63,132 bases of DNA from Bacilli bacterium (lineage in GTDB: Bacteria; Bacillota_I; Bacilli_A; RF39; UBA660): contig JAAWGF010000005.1 in NCBI GenBank assembly GCA_022795155.1, forward strand, positions 1 through 63,132, given 5' to 3'. The notes below the pieces were generated by a model, which saw nothing but the letters and a program-made list of their open reading frames with translations, did not search any database and had not been told where the DNA came from. Shown here in pieces: positions 58,730-63,132 of the stretch; the stretch's first letter is position 1, and each line of letters begins with the position of its first letter. A program made the position numbers and the translations under genes.

Positions 58730-59810
58730 TAACTCTGTCTAATAAATATTGTTCTATTATAATTTTATTTTCATTTTTGATATTTTCTCTTTCAGTAGAA
58801 TTTATTTTTGAAAAATACAAAACTTTTTCTCTAAAACCTTTACTATCATTAATGCCAATAATATACCCATTTTTTCCATTTTCAATTAAATCACGATTGC
58901 CACGGCATGCAGTAACAACGAGTGGTAAACCACAATACATAGCTTCCATGACATTAACAGGTAATCCTTCTTGTTTGGAAGAAGAAACAGCTAAATCCGA
59001 AATGGTTAATAACTCTGGAACATCTTTTCTAAAACCTAAGAAATGAATTTGTTTATTTAGATTTAACTCATTTACTAATTTTTGACATTCACCATTCATA
59101 GAATCTTTGCCTGGTAATAATAAATGAAATTTGGGGTTTTCTTTGAATAATTCATTTAAAGTTTTAATTAACCATGTTTGTCTTTTTCTTGGTAATAATT
59201 CAGCGGGATAAATCAAGACAAAATCATCTTTTTCTAACCCAAGTTTTTTTCTGTAGTCTTGTTTCCTTTCTTCGTTCATTTCAAAATCAAATTTAGAAAC
59301 ATTTAATCCTACACCCTTAACATATCTAACATCGGTTTTAAATTTCTTTTTAGCTAGTTCATAATCATCTAAATTAATTGTAACTAAAGTGTCTGTGTAT
59401 TTAGCAAGATATTTTTCAACAGGATAAAAACATAGCCAATTAAATTTAGGAGCACCTTTATAAAAATGAAAACCATGAGCCATATAAACCATTTTCGTAT
59501 CTTTTACCTTACATTTTTTATAGGCTAATCTTGTAATAGCTCCACCAAAGGGCGTATGACAACTAACAATATCATAATGTTCCTCCTTAAACAAATTTTT
59601 CATTTGTTTATATGACTCAATAATTTGTTTGGCATTTAAACTCCTAGCAAAATTAATATCATATTTTTTATCACAATATGGTATTTCTAATCCTTCTAAT
59701 TTAGCTGCAATATGAATTTCATAACCTTGTTCCTTAAAATATTTAAATTGTGGAATCAAAAATTTGATAAAGAATGATTCTAAGTTGGCTGCAAATAATA
59801 TTTTTTTCAT
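58701..59810 (-). CDS. GT4 glycosyltransferase (EpsD-like)
   Basis: HTPFGG, AHGFHF, EGLP..VMEAM..G.P. Confidence 0.9.
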   Translation of the reverse strand: MKKILFAANLESFFIKFLIPQFKYFKEQGYEIHIAAKLEGLEIPYCDKKYDINFARSLNAKQIIESYKQMKNLFKEEHYDIVSCHTPFGGAITRLAYKKCKVKDTKMVYMAHGFHFYKGAPKFNWLCFYPVEKYLAKYTDTLVTINLDDYELAKKKFKTDVRYVKGVGLNVSKFDFEMNEERKQDYRKKLGLEKDDFVLIYPAELLPRKRQTWLIKTLNELFKENPKFHLLLPGKDSMNGECQKLVNELNLNKQIHFLGFRKDVPELLTISDLAVSSSKQEGLPVNVMEAMYCGLPLVVTACRGNRDLIENGKNGYIIGINDSKGFREKVLYFSKINSTERENIKNENKIIIEQYLLDRVIEDIIEMYE

Positions 59811-60126
59811 AGTATCAACCCCTAATAAATAGTAGAAATATATTTCATTGTATTATATCATATAAAAGTTTTATTTCAATAAAAATCGACAATATTTTTT
59901 TAATTGTTAAATCTTTACAACATTAAAGCAATAAATAACAATTTAAGCAACACATGCTATATTTAGTATAACATTCATATAGTAAAAAGTAAATTGTATT
60001 TTACGTTGGATTTACTTATTAGTTTTATATTTTAGATTAATATTGTAATAATAGTTATAAAGATTAATGATTTAATACCATATAAAAAAAGTTGATTTAT
60101 ACAAATCAACTAGTTTATCGTGTAAT

Positions 60127-61596
60127 TCATGAGCTATAATCAATAAATTTAAATTCAATATTGCTTCTTATATTATATTTTTCTTTATATTTATTGCTAT
60201 GAAATTCATCAGAATAATCTCCAGCCCATACATAATTCTTAAATGGCATCTTCGGCAAATATACAATTTTATCTTCCGTATTATTAGATTTATATACGAT
60301 ATAGTTTTTTCGTTTATATTCAAAATAATTTATATATGCATATATTGAAACATATTGTATACAAATTATACCAATTATAGCATATATAAGTCTTGCATGT
60401 TTTTTATAATCAAAATTAGTTATGTTTAGAATATAAAAGATTAAGATAATTTCTAATACATAAATCATAAAAAAGTTTCTTGGCCCAATTGGATTTACAA
60501 TAAATAAAGGAACAAGCAAACCACAAATAACAACTATGATTGAAAAAATTTTTTTTCTTAATTTGGTTTTGTAAAATAATAATATTAAACTTATTATTAA
60601 TGCAATTATATAAATAACACTAGATAAACTTTCTAAATAATAGCTATATTTAATATACTGATTCCAATTGTTATTTAGATAATTGATAACAACATGAATA
60701 CTATAAATTATCATATATAATATACATTTATTAAGTATTGATTGGTGTTTTTTTGAAAATTTATTTTGATTATCTTTATAAAAAATATGTAAAATATAAG
60801 TTAAAATACAAATTAGAAAAACATTATTACTTATTGTATAAAGAGAAATATTGCTACTATAATTTTGAATAATTGTTTTAATTAATCCAATTAATCCAGT
60901 GGCGTAAGATCTATAAGTATCTGTTCCATTAATTACATTATGATAAGAGGGATGTGAAAACATAACAAGATTTCCTATTAAAGTCCCAAAGAAAGCAAAT
61001 AATAAGTTAATATTTATTTTTCTATTTTTTATAAAATATATTATATTTAAAATAAAAGTAAAAACAAACATAAATACCGACATATTCTCAATAAATAAAG
61101 AAGTTAAAAACAACAAAACTGTTTCTAACAAATAATAATATTTTTTTGTTCTTTCATTATATATTTTTCTTATCAATATTAGACTTAATAATAAAAATAA
61201 TGTTGATATTACATAATTGGTAAAACCACTTGTCCAAACAATAGCTTGACTAAAAATGGGAAGTGGCATTAGAAGTAAAAACAGCCATATTAAATAAGCT
61301 TTTATTCCTGTCTCTTTTTTGATTATCTCAGCAATTGCAACTAGTACTACACTCATTATAACACTTTTAAAAATAACATTTTTAGTCATAATTATGGCAA
61401 ATATATTACCAAGATATCGACCGTTTGATGTCGTATTGGTAAATTCAATAAAATTAAATGAAATATTTTTTAAGCTCCAACTAATGTCATCGCCAGTATA
61501 TGGAAAAGATAAAGTAATAAAGAAAATAATTATTAGACTAAATATAACTACACTATATTTTTTTAAATTGCTAAAATTTATATTATTTTTTGTCAT
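60127..61596 (-). CDS. GT-C-like multi-pass membrane protein (DUF6056-like)
   Basis: P..GDD, NGRY.GN, W.SG..NY, E, PR motifs. Confidence 0.7.
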   Translation of the reverse strand: MTKNNINFSNLKKYSVVIFSLIIIFFITLSFPYTGDDISWSLKNISFNFIEFTNTTSNGRYLGNIFAIIMTKNVIFKSVIMSVVLVAIAEIIKKETGIKAYLIWLFLLLMPLPIFSQAIVWTSGFTNYVISTLFLLLSLILIRKIYNERTKKYYYLLETVLLFLTSLFIENMSVFMFVFTFILNIIYFIKNRKININLLFAFFGTLIGNLVMFSHPSYHNVINGTDTYRSYATGLIGLIKTIIQNYSSNISLYTISNNVFLICILTYILHIFYKDNQNKFSKKHQSILNKCILYMIIYSIHVVINYLNNNWNQYIKYSYYLESLSSVIYIIALIISLILLFYKTKLRKKIFSIIVVICGLLVPLFIVNPIGPRNFFMIYVLEIILIFYILNITNFDYKKHARLIYAIIGIICIQYVSIYAYINYFEYKRKNYIVYKSNNTEDKIVYLPKMPFKNYVWAGDYSDEFHSNKYKEKYNIRSNIEFKFIDYSS

Positions 61597-61818
61597 TTTA
61601 AAACACTTCCCTACATTTTAAGATTTTTGAACTTGTTATTATTATAATCTTTTATCATGATATAGAGTTTTTTATAACGTTAAAAACGTTATAGGTTTAA
61701 CGCCTAAAAATAAATACCTCATTATAATTATTTATTAATTTAAAAATTTTTAAGCTTAAAATGTTAAACTTGTAATCTAATATTAATTTTGTTACTATTA
61801 ATATAGAGGTGATTAAAA

Positions 61819-62826
61819 TTGATGATTCTTGTTACAGGTGGCTGTGGTTATATTGGGAGTCATACAGTTGTCGAATTATTAAAAAACAATTATGAAGTTA
61901 TTGTTATTGACAATTTTTCTAATTCAAAACGTGATGTTTTAGATAAAATAAAAACTATTACTAATAAAGATTTTAAATTTTATGAAGGAAATGTTTGTGA
62001 TAAAAATACTTTAAAAACTGTTTTCGAAAATAATAAAATTGATGGTGTAATTCATTTTGCTGGATTTAAAGCTGTTGGTGAAAGTGTAGAAAAACCTCTT
62101 ATGTATTATCGAAATAATTTAGATTCAACTTTAACTTTATTAGAAGTTATGAGTGATTATAATTGTAAAAAAATTGTTTTTTCTTCTAGCGCTACTGTTT
62201 ATGGTGAGGCTAAAGAAACAAGATTTGTTGAGACAATGAAAAAAGGCATTCCAAGTAATCCTTATGGCAAAACAAAAAATGTAATTGAAGATATTTTAGA
62301 AGATTTATATACTTCGGATCCAACCTGGTCAATTACGATGTTAAGATACTTTAATCCAGTTGGTTCTCATACGTCAGGTTTAATTGGCGATGATCCAAGT
62401 GGAATACCAAATAATTTAATGCCATATATATTAAGAGTCGCGATTGGCGAACTTGAATGTCTAACAATATTTGGTAATGATTATGATACCCCCGATGGAA
62501 CGTGTATAAGAGATTATATTCATGTTGTTGATTTGGCACTTGGACATATTAAAGCACTAGAACAACTATTTAATTTAGAATCAGGAATAAAAATTTATAA
62601 TTTAGGATCTGGTAGGGGTATAAGCGTTACAGAGATAGTTACAACATTCGAACGTGTCAACAATTTGAAACTTAATTATAAATATGGTTCTAGACGAAAG
62701 GGCGACTTACCGAGCATTTGTGCTGACCCTACTCTTGCCTTAAAAGAATTAGGTTGGAAATGTGAAAAAACACTTGATGATATGTGTAGAGATGCTTATA
62801 ATTTTATACAAAAACAAAGAAATTAA
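61819..62826 (+). CDS. galE: UDP-glucose 4-epimerase
   Basis: GG.GYIGSH, KAVGES, SSSATVYG, PYG..K, LRYFNP, RDYIHV.DLA. Confidence 0.96.
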   Translation: MMILVTGGCGYIGSHTVVELLKNNYEVIVIDNFSNSKRDVLDKIKTITNKDFKFYEGNVCDKNTLKTVFENNKIDGVIHFAGFKAVGESVEKPLMYYRNNLDSTLTLLEVMSDYNCKKIVFSSSATVYGEAKETRFVETMKKGIPSNPYGKTKNVIEDILEDLYTSDPTWSITMLRYFNPVGSHTSGLIGDDPSGIPNNLMPYILRVAIGELECLTIFGNDYDTPDGTCIRDYIHVVDLALGHIKALEQLFNLESGIKIYNLGSGRGISVTEIVTTFERVNNLKLNYKYGSRRKGDLPSICADPTLALKELGWKCEKTLDDMCRDAYNFIQKQRN

Positions 62827-62844
62827 TTTAAAGGAGATTAGAAT

Positions 62845-63120
62845 ATGGATTTAGTTATAATGGCAGCTGGAATGGGAAGCCGTTTTGGTGGTTCAAAACA
62901 AACGCAAATAGTTGGATATAATGGTGAGTTTATTATTGACTACTCTATTTATGACGCTATTAAAGCAGGTTTTAATCGTGTGATATTTATTATAAGAAAA
63001 GAAAATCTTGAAGAATTTGAAGAAAGTATTGGTAAAAGAATAAAAAAATATATTGAGGTATTATATGTTTTTCAGGATATGAATAATTTACCAATAAAAA
63101 TAGAAAATTTGACATTTTAA
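62845..63120 (+). CDS. Sugar-phosphate nucleotidyltransferase N-terminus, apparently truncated
   Basis: LVIMAAGMGSRFGG.KQ, DYSIYDA..AGF; stop after 91 aa, 12 nt from the window end. Confidence 0.7.
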   Translation: MDLVIMAAGMGSRFGGSKQTQIVGYNGEFIIDYSIYDAIKAGFNRVIFIIRKENLEEFEESIGKRIKKYIEVLYVFQDMNNLPIKIENLTF

Positions 63121-63132
63121 CGGATATAAAAC

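Noticed and set aside
62845..63132. Early stop in the nucleotidyltransferase as a real pseudogene
   Set aside because: Only 12 nt from the window end; cannot tell truncation from an assembly-edge artefact.

Overview
Very AT-rich chromosomal window from a reduced-genome Bacillota (Bacilli-like) bacterium. It carries sporulation genes (spoIVB, spoIIM, spoIVFA/B) and appears to span the replication terminus: genes left of ~11 kb are mostly on +, genes right of ~20.5 kb mostly on -, and an intact 28-bp dif site lies at 20484-20511. The main discovery is a 9,005-bp integrase-less filamentous (inovirus-like) prophage inserted in dif between 17-bp direct repeats (11479-11495 / 20484-20500), i.e. an Xer-hijacking element (IMEX) in a monoderm host. 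It encodes a Zot/pI-like ATPase, HUH rolling-circle Rep with a CTTGATA nick-site hairpin, SSB-like, coat-like, pIII-like and many small membrane proteins, plus an XRE repressor switch with three operators. It has several unusual parts: a predicted attP with an intact XerD arm but degenerate XerC arm; a ~850-nt branched hairpin with a near-perfect plasmid ssoA RS_B site; a 19-bp repeat bracketing the pIII-like gene; an ATT-start gene; a type-I-toxin-like cassette; and a 46-aa ORF with a beta-clamp-binding-like motif (QLDIF). The rest is housekeeping genes (holA, gpsA, rarA, xerD, deoB, topB, mnmA, xseAB, nusB, mutS, rnhC, queH, lspA, rplU-prp-rpmA, mreCD, radC), several pseudogenes and orphans, and a surface-polysaccharide cluster. 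All calls come from reading motifs by eye; no database searches or folding programs were run.
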